The notes under the pieces: model-generated
Database searches by the model: none
Told to the model about the DNA's origin: nothing
What the model saw: the letters and a program-made list of their open reading frames with translations, nothing else
From: an uncultured Spirochaetota bacterium
GTDB taxonomy: Bacteria; Spirochaetota; UBA4802; UBA5550
Reading direction: 5' to 3'
NCBI GenBank assembly: GCA_963827275.1
Contig: CAWHAA010000008.1
Location: 486,244-550,243, forward strand
Length of the DNA: 64,000 nt
Program-made: the position numbers and the translations under genes
In this document: positions 21,027 to 32,864 of the stretch, one piece after another
Numbering within the stretch: position 1 is the stretch's first letter
Layout: the number at the start of each line of letters is the position of its first letter

Positions 21027-21177
21027 CGCGTTCTGCAAGAGTGGCCTGAAGAGGCGGCCGCACCGCTGTAAATTCTTTTCGACACCCCTAAAAGTACTAA
21101 AGTAAAGTGAGACAGAAACCGAATTTGAAACTGGGCAAAACCCTGTTCACGGAGGAATGGGTATCCCGGGAGGTTTT

Positions 21178-21342
21178 ATGGGCGATCTCATGAAAAAGGA
21201 TGATCGTGAGATTCAGCAGGACAAGAGGGAAATTGATGCTGACGCGATACTGCAATACCGGAAGAAGATTTCCGATGACGCGTATCTCGAGCATGCAATC
21301 ACCAGAATAGCCACTGATCTTTCTCACTATCTGACAAAGTAG
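21178..21342 (+). CDS. Small hypothetical helical protein
   Basis: GGAGG RBS before ATG 21178; GC-rich hairpin after the stop. Confidence 0.65.
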   Translation: MGDLMKKDDREIQQDKREIDADAILQYRKKISDDAYLEHAITRIATDLSHYLTK

Positions 21343-21450
21343 CACGGTGTTACGGCGCCGGCCGCGCGGCGGGCGCCGGCGTGAAGCATAATCACTTCAG
21401 GGCGTGGCCTCTTCCCGAGCGGGAATGAGGCCTGACGCGCATGGCGGAGT

Positions 21451-22575
21451 ATGGTAAAAAGGGACTCCTATTTTGAATTGCAGCACAACAGGACGCTCAA
21501 GGTCCTGTTCTTTATCCTCTTCGGCGCGGTGATTGCCGGCCTGGTCTATATGTTCCGCTTTTTCTTCTGGCCATTCCTGTTCGCGGTGCTCCTCTACATG
21601 GCCCTGCAGCCGGTCTATAATGCGGTCATGCGGCGCGTCAGGCGGGGGTGGGCCGCGTCCGGCGTCATGATCCTCTTCCTGTTCGGGATGGTGCTCACGC
21701 CGCTCTTCTTCCTGGCGATCGCGGTGATCGACCAGGTGTACCTCCTCTATACCGTGGTGCAGGAAGAGATCAAGGCGGGCATCATCGAGGACTTCTATCG
21801 CAGCCAGATCGTCCAGCGGGCGCTGGCATCCCTGAATGTTGAGAGCGCGGACATTGCCGGTCGTGCCACCGATTTGATCCAGAACATGTCGGGCACGTTC
21901 CTTGCCAGCGTGCAGACCATGATCGCGTACCCCCTGCACCTGGCCCTGGATTTTGTCTTTCTACTGCTGATACTGTTTTTCCTGTTCAAAGACGGGGCCG
22001 GTCTCGGATCGCTCTTCTATAAAACAATGCCGTTCCCTGACGACCTCGAGGAGAGTGTGGTCTCCCGCCTTAAAGAGGTCGCCCGGGTGCTCCTGACGGG
22101 GAACCTCATGATCATGATAATACAGGGCTTCATGGTGGGCCTGGGGCTCTTCATGGTGGGGGTCCGGCTGGCCTTCCTCGCGGGCAGCCTCGCGGCCCTG
22201 CTCTCCCTGATCCCCGTGATAGGAACGTCCCTCGTGTGGCTGCCGGCGGTCATCTATCTTGCCGCGACCGGGGCGTACCTGAAGGCGCTGTTCCTGGGCG
22301 TCTGGTGCCTCGCCTGGTACCTCCTGCTGGAGAACCTGGTGAAGCCCAAGGTGTTCGGGAAGAGGCTCAATTTCCATCCCGTGGTATTTTTCTTTATCCT
22401 GCTGGGTGGCATACAGGCCTTCGGGCTTCCCGGCGTATTCATCGGGCCGCTCCTCCTGACGCTCTTCTTCTCGCTGTGGGAGATCTACAAGATGCTTGAG
22501 GCCTACGACATGCACCATTATGGCGCGGAGAGAAAAACCCGCTCCTCAGCCAAAGGCATGCGTAAAGACGAATAA
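21451..22575 (+). CDS. AI-2E family transporter (PerM/YdiK-like)
   Basis: Multi-TM; IPVIGTSLVWLP; ENLVKPK; GGIQAFGLPGVFIGP. Confidence 0.9.
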   Translation: MVKRDSYFELQHNRTLKVLFFILFGAVIAGLVYMFRFFFWPFLFAVLLYMALQPVYNAVMRRVRRGWAASGVMILFLFGMVLTPLFFLAIAVIDQVYLLYTVVQEEIKAGIIEDFYRSQIVQRALASLNVESADIAGRATDLIQNMSGTFLASVQTMIAYPLHLALDFVFLLLILFFLFKDGAGLGSLFYKTMPFPDDLEESVVSRLKEVARVLLTGNLMIMIIQGFMVGLGLFMVGVRLAFLAGSLAALLSLIPVIGTSLVWLPAVIYLAATGAYLKALFLGVWCLAWYLLLENLVKPKVFGKRLNFHPVVFFFILLGGIQAFGLPGVFIGPLLLTLFFSLWEIYKMLEAYDMHHYGAERKTRSSAKGMRKDE

Positions 22576-22752
22576 TTATCCCCCTGTCCCCGTGCCCTTG
22601 CGGCGTCCCTTTTCTCTGTCAAAATCTTCATTGCCGTCCCGGTCATTTTTTCCCCTCGGGAGAAGCGGCGCTAATTTTGATAAATGTGTATTTTTATTCT
22701 TGAAATTATCCGGCGACAGGATGACGTTAACCTGAAAAAATACGAGGAGCGC

Positions 22753-25503
22753 ATGGCAAAATATCAGGGGAAAAGAACGCGGTTTTCGAAAGATGGGATG
22801 GCCAGGTCCCGCGAAAAAAGGGCCGCCCTCTTCCGCAGGGTGCGCGATATGCTTGACCCCGCGCTGGTCAGGGCCAGGTCCCTGCTGGGCGCCGCCTCGG
22901 CGCGCCTCCGGTCGGCCCTGGAAAAGCTTGACGCCAGGCTCCCGGCAAACGTGAGGGTGAAAAAGGACGCGATCCTTGGCTCCGCGGGGATCAGGAAAGC
23001 GAAACGCTACGCCATCTCCTCCGCCTCCTCCCTGCCCGGGATCATCGACAGGTTTGTCGGGTATAGTATCGACCTCGTACGTTCGGCCTACGCGTTGATG
23101 CGGCGGAAGCCGTCGGTGTTCATCGGCATCGTGGCCGGCCTGGTGCTCCTCTTCGGGATCATCCTCGCGCTCGACTTCAGCAGGGTGCGATCCCTGGCCA
23201 CCTTTCAGCCCAGCGCCATGACGAAGATCTACGACCGGCACGGTGTCCTTGTCTCGGAGCTGTTCGCGCAGAAGCGCGACGTGGTGCCGCTCAGGAAAAT
23301 ACCGGGAGACCTTGTCCGGGCCATCGTCGCGATGGAAGACAATGAATTCTACGATCACTGGGGGATTAATCCCAAGGGGATCGTCAGGGCCTTTTTCATC
23401 AATATATTTTCCGGAAGGATCAGGCAGGGCGGGAGCACCATAACCCAGCAGCTTTCCAAGGTGCTGCTCACCACGGGCGAGCGGAGCTATTACCGGAAAA
23501 TGAAAGAGGCCTTTATCGCGGTCATGATGGAGGTCTTCTATACAAAGGACGAGATCATGAGCCTCTACCTGAATCAGATATTCCTGGGACAGGGGACCTA
23601 CGGCGTCGAGGCGGCGGCGCAGCTCTACTTCGACAAGCACGTGTGGGAGCTCAACCTGGCCGAATGCGCTCTCATGGCGACGCTCCCCTCGGCGCCGAAC
23701 CAGTTCTCTCCCATCCGCCACACCAAGCGGTCGATGCAGCGGCACAAGATTGTGCTCGCGAAGATGGTCGAGATGGGATACGTCACCGTGAAGCAGGCGG
23801 AGCGGGCCTACCTCGATTTCTGGCCGGATTACCTCGGGTTCCTGAGCGAACTCTCCCCCTCGATGACCACCATAAGCGCCCGCACCAACAAGGCGCCCTG
23901 GTTCACCGAGTATGTGCGCCGCGAGCTGGTGAAGAAATACGGGGCGGAGATGGTCTACGAGATGGGGCTTCAGGTCTATACCACGATGGACCTGAAAAAG
24001 CAGCTCGCCGCCCAGGAGGCGCTGAAGCGCGGCCTGGACCGGCAGACCGCCGCGTCGGCGAAGCTGGCCTTCAGGAACGAGGATTACATCATTGACCGCT
24101 TCGGCCCGGTGATTGAGCTGCTCGGGTATCTTTTCGACATGCCTTCCTTCAGGAAGAAGGGCTCGCGCCAGCGGGAGAAGCTGAATACCGTCATCCAGGA
24201 CGAGATCGTCGAGGAGCTTGACGCGCTCAACTACCTTGCGGGCATGGACAGCGTGAACAGGTTCCTCGAGGGGTACCGGGCCACCTACCTGGACGACAGG
24301 AACCAGCAGCGGGTCGAAGGGTGCATCATCTCCATCGACCACCGCAACGGATACATCGAGGCGATGGTGGGCGGGAGCGAGTTCACCAGCATCAACCAGC
24401 TGAACCGCGCCATGCAGGCGCGGCGGCAGCCCGGCTCCTCCATCAAGCCGCTCATCTACGCGGCGGCCATAGAGAGCGGCGATTTCACCGCCGCGACCAC
24501 GGTGCTCGATTCGCCGGTGGTCTTCCTCGACAACGAGGGGGGCGACTGGATACCGGAGAACTACGAGGAGGATTATTCAGGCTTCGTACGGCTCAGGAAG
24601 GCCCTTGCCCTTTCAATCAACGTGGTCTCCATCCGCATTTCCCAGCAGCTGGGGATCCAGTACGTGATGAATTACCTCGGCAAGCTCCTGAAGTTCGACC
24701 GGTTCGAGGCGAAGGAGCGCATCCCCCGGAACTTCTCCATCGCCCTCGGGTCGATGGACGTAAGCCCCTTTGAGCTCACGAGGGCTTACGGCATCATCGC
24801 CAACGGCGGCAGGGACGTGATCCCGTTCGCCATCAGGTACGTGAAGGACCGCGAGGGAAAGACACTCGAGAACCGCGAAGAGGACGTGCGGAAAATTATC
24901 GAGGAGCGGGACAAGCACGGGGTGATGCAGATCATAAAGCCCGAGACGGCGCAGGTCCTGATCAGCATGCTGCAGAGCGTCATAAGCGGCGGGACCGGCG
25001 GCGCGGCGTCGCCCGGCAGGCCGGCCGGCGGCAAGACGGGCACCACCAACAGCTGGAAGGACGCCTGGTTCGTGGGGTTCACCCCGCAGGTCACCACCGG
25101 CATCTGGGTGGGATACGACAAGATGGGACTCTCGCTCGGGATCGGGCAGTCCGGCGGCTCCGTGGCGGCGCCGATATGGGGAGAATACATGCGCCGCGCC
25201 CTGGAGGACGAGCCGGTCCTTGATTTTCCGCAGTACGCCGCGCTGCTCTCGCACGAGGTGTGCGAGCGCTCGGGGCTCCTGCCGTCGCAGGATTGCGGCG
25301 AGACCATCGAGGAGATCTTCGTGCCCGGCACGGTCCCGGAAAAGAGCTGCGACGTGTGCGCCGGTCTGCTCAGCGGCGGGAACGTTCCCAGGCAGGGGCC
25401 GAAGGAGAACATCTCGCGCGACCAGAAGCAGACGATCAGGCAGATGGACCGCAAAAGAGAGGAATCGATCATCGATCATATCGATGATGACCTGCTCGAA
25501 TAA
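22753..25503 (+). CDS. mrcA: Class A penicillin-binding protein 1A (transglycosylase/transpeptidase)
   Basis: EDNEFYDHWG, QGGSTITQQL, RKMKE, RQPGSSIKP, SIN, GKTGT; start moved to the ATG after GAGGAG. Confidence 0.93.
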   Translation: MAKYQGKRTRFSKDGMARSREKRAALFRRVRDMLDPALVRARSLLGAASARLRSALEKLDARLPANVRVKKDAILGSAGIRKAKRYAISSASSLPGIIDRFVGYSIDLVRSAYALMRRKPSVFIGIVAGLVLLFGIILALDFSRVRSLATFQPSAMTKIYDRHGVLVSELFAQKRDVVPLRKIPGDLVRAIVAMEDNEFYDHWGINPKGIVRAFFINIFSGRIRQGGSTITQQLSKVLLTTGERSYYRKMKEAFIAVMMEVFYTKDEIMSLYLNQIFLGQGTYGVEAAAQLYFDKHVWELNLAECALMATLPSAPNQFSPIRHTKRSMQRHKIVLAKMVEMGYVTVKQAERAYLDFWPDYLGFLSELSPSMTTISARTNKAPWFTEYVRRELVKKYGAEMVYEMGLQVYTTMDLKKQLAAQEALKRGLDRQTAASAKLAFRNEDYIIDRFGPVIELLGYLFDMPSFRKKGSRQREKLNTVIQDEIVEELDALNYLAGMDSVNRFLEGYRATYLDDRNQQRVEGCIISIDHRNGYIEAMVGGSEFTSINQLNRAMQARRQPGSSIKPLIYAAAIESGDFTAATTVLDSPVVFLDNEGGDWIPENYEEDYSGFVRLRKALALSINVVSIRISQQLGIQYVMNYLGKLLKFDRFEAKERIPRNFSIALGSMDVSPFELTRAYGIIANGGRDVIPFAIRYVKDREGKTLENREEDVRKIIEERDKHGVMQIIKPETAQVLISMLQSVISGGTGGAASPGRPAGGKTGTTNSWKDAWFVGFTPQVTTGIWVGYDKMGLSLGIGQSGGSVAAPIWGEYMRRALEDEPVLDFPQYAALLSHEVCERSGLLPSQDCGETIEEIFVPGTVPEKSCDVCAGLLSGGNVPRQGPKENISRDQKQTIRQMDRKREESIIDHIDDDLLE

Positions 25504-25583
25504 CAGAGGCTTGCGGCCCCGGGGCCGCGCCTGGCATATACCGCGTCCCCGGAGTCCGGGGAACATCCATGGGAGGGTCCGCC

Positions 25584-26147
25584 ATGAACACCGATCAATG
25601 TATCCTGAAGCGTGAAGACACCGCGCTGCTGGTCATCGACATCCAGGAAAAGCTCGCGGCGGCCATGAATGCCGAGGTCATGGCCCGGACGGTGAAAAAC
25701 AGTGCCATACTGATCGAAACGGCGAAGCTGTTCGGGATGCCGGTGATCGTGTCCGAGCAGTACCGCAGGGGGCTGGGGGTCACGCTGCCGGCGCTGGCGG
25801 AGCGGCTCGGCGGCGCCGACTGCCTGGAGAAGCTCTACTTCGATTGCATGAAGGACGGCGCCCTGCGCCGGCGCATCGCTTCCTGCGGGAGGAATGCCTT
25901 CATCCTCGCCGGGATCGAGACGCACGTGTGCGTGTTCCAGACGGCGCTGAGCCTTCTCGGGGAAGGGCACCGGGTGGCGGTGGCAAGCGACGCGGTCGCG
26001 TCGCGAAGGAAACATGACTGGGAGTACGCCCTGCGCTCGCTCGGGCGGGCCGGCGCGCTCGTGTACCCGACCGAGACGATCTCCTTCATGCTCCTTGAGA
26101 AGGCGGGAACGGAGGAGTTCAAGAAGCTCGCGCCTCTCTTCAGGTAG
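25584..26147 (+). CDS. Isochorismatase family hydrolase
   Basis: LLVIDIQEKL, SEQY, GIETHVCVFQT, DAVASR. Confidence 0.9.
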   Translation: MNTDQCILKREDTALLVIDIQEKLAAAMNAEVMARTVKNSAILIETAKLFGMPVIVSEQYRRGLGVTLPALAERLGGADCLEKLYFDCMKDGALRRRIASCGRNAFILAGIETHVCVFQTALSLLGEGHRVAVASDAVASRRKHDWEYALRSLGRAGALVYPTETISFMLLEKAGTEEFKKLAPLFR

Positions 26148-26430
26148 GCGCGCGGGCTATTGAATCCGCCTGATCCGCATGATATTCCTTCCTTTTTAAT
26201 TTTGCCTGAAAAATGATTTATAATCATATGTTTGTACAATTAAAAATATTTGCATATATTAATAAATTTTCATTATGGACCGTACAGGCATATTTTTGTT
26301 TTGACATAACTGTAAAAATTCTGTAAGTTTTAACTGTATTATTAAAGTATTACGGATAACGTTTTAATTTGCGGCATTTTATTATTTTATTTTTCATATT
26401 GCGTTCACTTTTCTACAGGGATGTTTTCTT

Positions 26431-29400
26431 ATGAATAAAATAATAGTGTCGCTATTGCTGCTCGTCATGACCGCCACCTCCTGCAGGGAGGTAGAATTCG
26501 TTGATACCAACAAGTCAGATGATCTTTTAAGCTTCATCACAGTCTTTGGCAGTTCATACGACGCGGTCATCACTCCCGCCGTAACCGGGCCGACCAATGC
26601 TTCCCCCATAACCCTGACCATCGTATTCGACGAACCGGTGACCGGCTTTGATGCGAGCGATATTACCATCGGTGGCACCGGCAGCGCGACCGTTGACTCT
26701 GTTGTCATGGTCGGCGCAGACGGCACGACCTACACGATCACGATAACCCCCACCGCTGACGGAGCGATCACCGTAGGGGCGATTGACGCGGCGGCACTGA
26801 AGGCGGACGGTACGTCCACCGGTGCCGTACAGCCCGCCACCGTGACCTATGACACCGCGGTGAACGCGATAACCGCCTCGATTGCGTCCAATAATGCCAA
26901 CAACTCCTATGCCAGGGTCGGCGACAGGATCACCCTTTCCTTTACCGCGAATGAGGCGCTTGTGAGTCCGGCCGCCACCATCAGCGGGAACGCGGCCACG
27001 GTCACCGGCGGCCCGGTCAACTGGACCGCCACGTATTTCATGGCCGCCGGCGATACCGAGGGCCTGATCACCTACGGGATCACCGGCATACAGGACCTGG
27101 CGGGCAACACGGCGGCCGATATCTCTGCCGCGAGCGCGATAACGTTCGACAGGACCGCGCCTTCCATAGCTTCCGCGTCGATCGCCTCCAGCAATGCCAC
27201 TACCGGATACGCGATAACCGGGGACGTGGTAACGCTCACCTTTGCTTCCGATGCGGCTATACAGACCCCGACAGTAACGATCAGCGGCAGGTCGATCACC
27301 GGCCCGGCCCTTGCGACCGCGGACAATATCAACTGGACGGCAACATGCACCATGCAGTCCACCGACGCGCAGGGGACGGTGGTTTTCAGCATTTCAAACA
27401 TACGGGACAACGCGGGCAACACGACATCGAACGTGACTGCGACCACTGACGCCACCGCGGTGACCTTTGACAGGACCCCGCCCGGTGTGACGATAAACCA
27501 GGCGGGCGGCCAGGCGGACCCGACAGGCTCCCTTCCGATAAATTTCACGGTCGTATTCAGCGAACCGATAGTTCCCGCCACCTTTGCCGCCGCCGATATC
27601 AACCAGACCGGCACGGCAACGGGCGTCACCTGGGCCCTTACCAACAGCGGCGACGACACCACCTGGACGCTCACCGCCACCGGGGCGACCGGCCATGGCA
27701 CTGTCATCCCGAGCATTGATGCGGACACGGTTACCGATGTGGCGGGAAACGGGAATACCGCCAACACTTCAACGGACAACAGCGTCTTTTACTGCAGTGA
27801 TAATAACACGATCAGTGATATTACCGCCAATCCGGCGCTTTCCTGGGACAATGCCTTCGCTGCCGCCATTGTCACATACAATATCAATGTCCTCTCGGCC
27901 CAGGCCACGATCGACATTGCCGTCACCCTCGCGGACGCGGACGCCTCTGTCACGATCAACGGCACGCCCGGCCTGGCCCGCACCATCACCCTGGGCGCCG
28001 TTGGATCCACCACTACCATTGAAGTGATAGCGACCAGCCAGTGCGGGACGGCTGGTGCGACGTATACGCTGAATGTCAACCGGGCGTCCCCTGACATCAA
28101 CGTGCAGGTGGGCGGGAGCGATGTGGGCACGCATGACTTCGGCCCGTCGAACGTCGGCGTCCCGGTCGGGCCCACGACCTTCACGATACAGAACACGGGC
28201 ACCGAGCCCCTCACCGTGACCGGCTATACATTGAGCGCCGGCGACTTCGCCGGGACCCTGGCCACACCGGTCACCATTCCCGGGCCCGGCACCACTACGT
28301 TTGACATCACCTTTACGCCGACCGCCACGGGCGCGCGAACCGCCACCATCGAGCTCACGTCCGATGACCCGGACGAGGGAACCTACACGGTCACCCTGAA
28401 CGGCACCGGCACGGGCCCTGACATCAACGTGCAGGTGGGCGGGAGCGATGTGGGCACGCATGACTTCGGCCCGTCGAATGTCGGCGTCGCGGTCGGGCCC
28501 ACGACCTTCACGATACAGAACACGGGCACCGGGCCCCTCACGGTGAGCGGTTACACCCTGAGCGCCGGCGACTTCGCCGGGACCCTGGCCACGCCGGTCA
28601 CCATTCCCGGGCCCGGCAGCGCGACCTTTGATATCACCTTTACGCCGACAGCAACGGGATTGCGAACTGCCACCATCGAGCTCACGTCCGATGACCCGGA
28701 CGAAGGAACGTATACGGTCACCCTTAACGGCACCGGCACCGCCCCTGACATCAACGTACAGGTGGGCGGGAGCGACGTGGGCACGCATGACTTCGGCCCG
28801 TCGAATGTCGGTGTCGCGGTTGGGCCCACGACCTTCACGATACAGAACATCGGGGACGGGCCGCTCACGGTGAGCGGCTACACTTTGAGCGCCGGCGACT
28901 TCGCCGGGACCCTGGCCACGCCGGTCACCATTCCCGGGCCCGGCAGCGCGACCTTTGATATCACCTTTACGCCGACAGCAACGGGAGCGCGATCCGCCAC
29001 CATCGAGCTCACGTCCGATGACCCGGACGAGGGAACCTACACGGTGACCCTGAACGGCACCGGCACATGCTCCAGACATCAACGTGCAGGTGGGCGGGAG
29101 CGACGTGGGCACGCATGACTTCGGCCCGTCGAATGTCGGCGTCGCGGTCGGGCCCACGACCTTCACGATCCAGAACACGGGAGACGGGCCTCTCACCGTG
29201 ATCGGCTACACGCTGAGCGCCGGCGACTTCGCCGGGACCCTGGCCACGCCGGTCACCATTCCCGGGCCCGGCAGCGCGACCTTTGATATCACCTTTACGC
29301 CGACAGCAACGGGATTGCGAACTGCCACCATCGAGCTCACGTCCGATGACCCGGACGAGGGAACCTACACGGTGACCCTGAACGGCACCGGCACGGGCCC

Positions 29401-32400
29401 TGACATCAACGTGCAGGTGGGCGGGAGCGACGTGGGCACGCATGACTTTGGCCCGTCGAACATCGGCGTTGCAGTCGGACCCACGACCTTCACGATACAG
29501 AACACGGGCACCGGGCCCCTCACCGTGAGCGGCTACACGCTGAGCGCCGGCGACTTCGCCGGGACCCTGGCCACGCCGGTCACCATTCCCGGGCCCGGCA
29601 GCGCGACCTTTGATATCACCTTTACGCCGACAGCAACGGGATTGCGAACTGCCACCATCGAGCTCACGTCCGATGACCCGGACGAGGGAACCTACACGGT
29701 GACCCTGAACGGCACCGGCACATCTCCAGACATCAACGTGCAGGTGGGCGGGAGCGACGTGGGCACGCATGACTTTGGCCCGTCGAACATCGGCGTTGCA
29801 GTCGGTCCCACGACCTTCACGGTCCAGAACATCGGGGACGGGCCCCTCACGGTGAGCGGGTTCAGCGTGAGCGTGGGCGATTTTTCCGCCTCTACCCCCC
29901 TTGGCGTGCCGGTCACCATACCCGGGCCCGGCAGCGCGACGTTTGAGATCACCTTTACGCCGACAGCCACGGGATTGCGATCCGCCACCATCGAGCTCAC
30001 GTCCGATGACCCGGACGAGGGAACCTACACGGTGACCCTGAACGGCACCGGCACATCTCCAGACATCAACGTGCAGGTGGGCGGGAGCGACGTGGGCACG
30101 CATGACTTCGGCCCGTCGAATGTCGGTGTCGCGGTCGGGCCCACGACCTTCACGGTCCAGAACACGGGAGACGGGCCTCTCACCGTGTCAAACTACACGC
30201 TGAGCGCCGGCGACTTCGCCGGGACTCTGGCCACGCCGGTCACCATTCCCGGGCCCGGCAGCGCGACCTTTGATATCACCTTTACGCCGACCGCCACGGG
30301 ATTGCGATCCGCCACCATCGAGCTCACGTCCGATGACCCGGACGAGGGAACCTACACGGTGACCCTGAACGGCACCGGCACATCTCCAGACATCAACGTG
30401 CAGGTGGGCGGGAGCGACATTACCGCCCATGATTTCGGCACGGTATACCAGCCGCTCACCAGCATTCCGGTGGCCTTCACAATCCAGAATACAGGAGGCG
30501 GGAGCCTGAATATTAGCGGGTCCTCATTATCCGGCGCAAACCAGTCTGATTTCACGGTAAGCGGATTGACAACCGGAGCTATCGCGGCCGGCAGCAGCAG
30601 GACCTTCACCATCATCTTTACCCCGGGCGGTACGGGAGCCAGAACGGCGAGCCTCTCGATCAGCTCGGATGATCCGGATGAAAATCCCTACGACATCGCC
30701 CTGTCCGGGACGGGCGGAGCCGCCGCGGCACCGGAAATCAACCTGAAGATCGGCGCGGCCGATTATCCTTCAGGCACCGGCGCCTGTGACTTCGGCCAGG
30801 TGTACCCGGGCAGCGCAAAGACCGTCACCTTCACCATAGAAAACACGGGAGCGGGGACCCTCACGCTCTCGGGCGCGCCGCTGACGGGCACCACTGATTT
30901 TTTAGTGGAAGGGCCTGACTTCACCAGCATCCCGGGGTACGGGAGCGTGAACGTTACCGTGACCTTTATCCCGCCGTCAGCCGGGACGTTTGCCGACACC
31001 CTCACCATTAATTCAGACGATGCGGATGAAGCCGCCTATGTGATATCCCTTGACGGGACCGGGTCCGCTGCGGCGGTACCGGACATAGACGTCAGCATAA
31101 ACGGGACTGAGTACCTGGCGGGGAGCACCTATGACTTCGGCGATATACAGCAAGGCGATTCCGGCGTGGTCACCCTCACAATCACGAACAGCGGAAGTAC
31201 TGATCTGAACATTATTTCCGATGCCATGAACGCGGGGACCAATTATTCCGAGGGCGGGCCTGCATCAACGCTTCTTATAGCGGGCAGCAGCACGACCCTT
31301 GACGTCACCTTCTCCCCGACCGCCGCGGGGGTGCTCACCGACTATATCCAGATCGGCTCCGATGATGCTGACGAGCCCGCCTACCAGATAAACTTCACCG
31401 GAAACGGCGCTCTGCTGCCGACACCTGATATCAGCGTGGAGGCAGTTGCGGTGACAAGGCCTTCAGGCAGCTGCTTTGATTTTGAAGCGCTGTATGGGGG
31501 GACCGCGGTAACAGTAGTGTTCACCATAGAGAACCTCGGCAATGCAACCCTGGACCTGTACGCGCCGTATGTGGCCTTAAACGGCCATAACGCGGGCGAT
31601 TATTCCATAATAGCGTACCCCTCTTCGACAAGCATCGCGCCGTCGGGCGTTACCACGTTTGAGATCGAGTTCGGTCCAGGAGCCAAGGGTTTGCGCGAGG
31701 CTTCAATCATGATCCCGAGCAATGACCCGGACGAGGAGACCTACATCGTCAACCTGAAGGGCCTGCCGGTCATACCGCTCATGATGGTCCACGGCGGCTG
31801 GACCGCCGACACCTCTGTGTATGATCCGACGACCAACACCTTCAGCGCAGGCATCGCCATGACGGATGTCGTGGACGCCGGAGGCCACAGCTTCCTGGTC
31901 GATTCTGGCGCAGAAGCGGGGAAATACATGGTCATTCATGGGGCGGGCGGCACGGGCACCACCCTGTATGATCCGGCCGTACCGCCTGCGGCGCCGACGG
32001 TTTCAGGCGCGTACCCGACTGTCGCCAACATAGACTCCGGCGCCCACAGCTTCCAGATAACGGGCGGGGCCTATATTGACGAATATCTTGTCGTCTGCGG
32101 GGGCACCACTACGATAAACCTGTTTAATCCGGCCACCCCGGGGTTCGAGGACGCGACCCCGTATGGGATCAACCTGGGATCGACCGCCTATACCGGGTCG
32201 TTCCATTTCACGAACGACGATAACGACATGGTGGTCATCAACGGCAACAATTCCGCGGGGTACCGGGTATTTGACCAGGACGGCACGAATACCTTCGGCG
32301 CGCTGCAATCGATCCCTTCAGCCCAGATCTGGGAGGGAGGGCACGGGACCAGGATTGTCTCCGGCACGTATGCCGGCTATATGCTGATTATAGAAGGAGG

Positions 32401-32818
32401 TCTGGCAGGGTCGAATCTCACATGGCTGTTCGATCCAACAACGGCAGCCCCGGCGCATGTGGCCGGCCCGAACCTGACCGGCACCGCTTTCGGCGGGTCC
32501 TTCAGCATCCCGATCGTGACCGGGCCGTATGCAGGGAGGATACTCATAGTGCATGGTAATAACACGGTTGGGACTTCGATTTACAACAGCGTAGACAACA
32601 CGATGACCGCCGGCCCGAATCTTCCGACAGTCGCTACGAGCGGCGCATTCTGTTTTGAAATAACAGGCGGCGCCCATAAAGGCTGGTACAAGATCATGCA
32701 CAGCACGGGTTATCTGGATACGACCCTGTTCAATCCGGAGACCATGCTGTTCACGGATGAGGGCGAAACCCTGCTGCTCTGGGTCGGTCTCGGCGCCAGC
32801 ACGTTCCCGGCGCGGTAG
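26431..32818 (+). CDS. Giant surface lipoprotein (~2,130 aa): Ig-like domains, cadherin-like beta-sandwich, ~11 choice-of-anchor-D/ASH-type repeats and a C-terminal kelch-like propeller; split by a 1-nt insertion at ~29069
   Basis: Lipobox LLVMTATSC; ORFs 26431-29118 and 29084-32818 join if G29069 is removed (GGCACATgCTCCAGAC vs GGCACATCTCCAGAC in sister repeats). Confidence 0.85.
28093..30388 (+). repeat. Seven near-identical ~327-bp intragenic tandem repeats
   Basis: GACATCAAC anchors at 28093, 28420, 28747, 29075, 29402, 29729, 30062 and 30389 (spacings 327, 327, 328, 327, 327, 333, 327). Confidence 0.95.
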
Positions 32819-32864
32819 GAGTGACCGGGGCGCGCCATGCGCCCCGGGAGGCGGCGGTGGGCCC

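Noticed and set aside
22576..24342. Long antisense ORFs (also 12836-14353, 34098-35537, 51983-53236, 57007-58419)
   Set aside because: Shadow frames of well-supported genes in GC-rich DNA
28093..30388. Diversity-generating retroelement or programmed frameshift
   Set aside because: No reverse transcriptase, variation is not adenine-specific, and there is no slippery sequence at 29069
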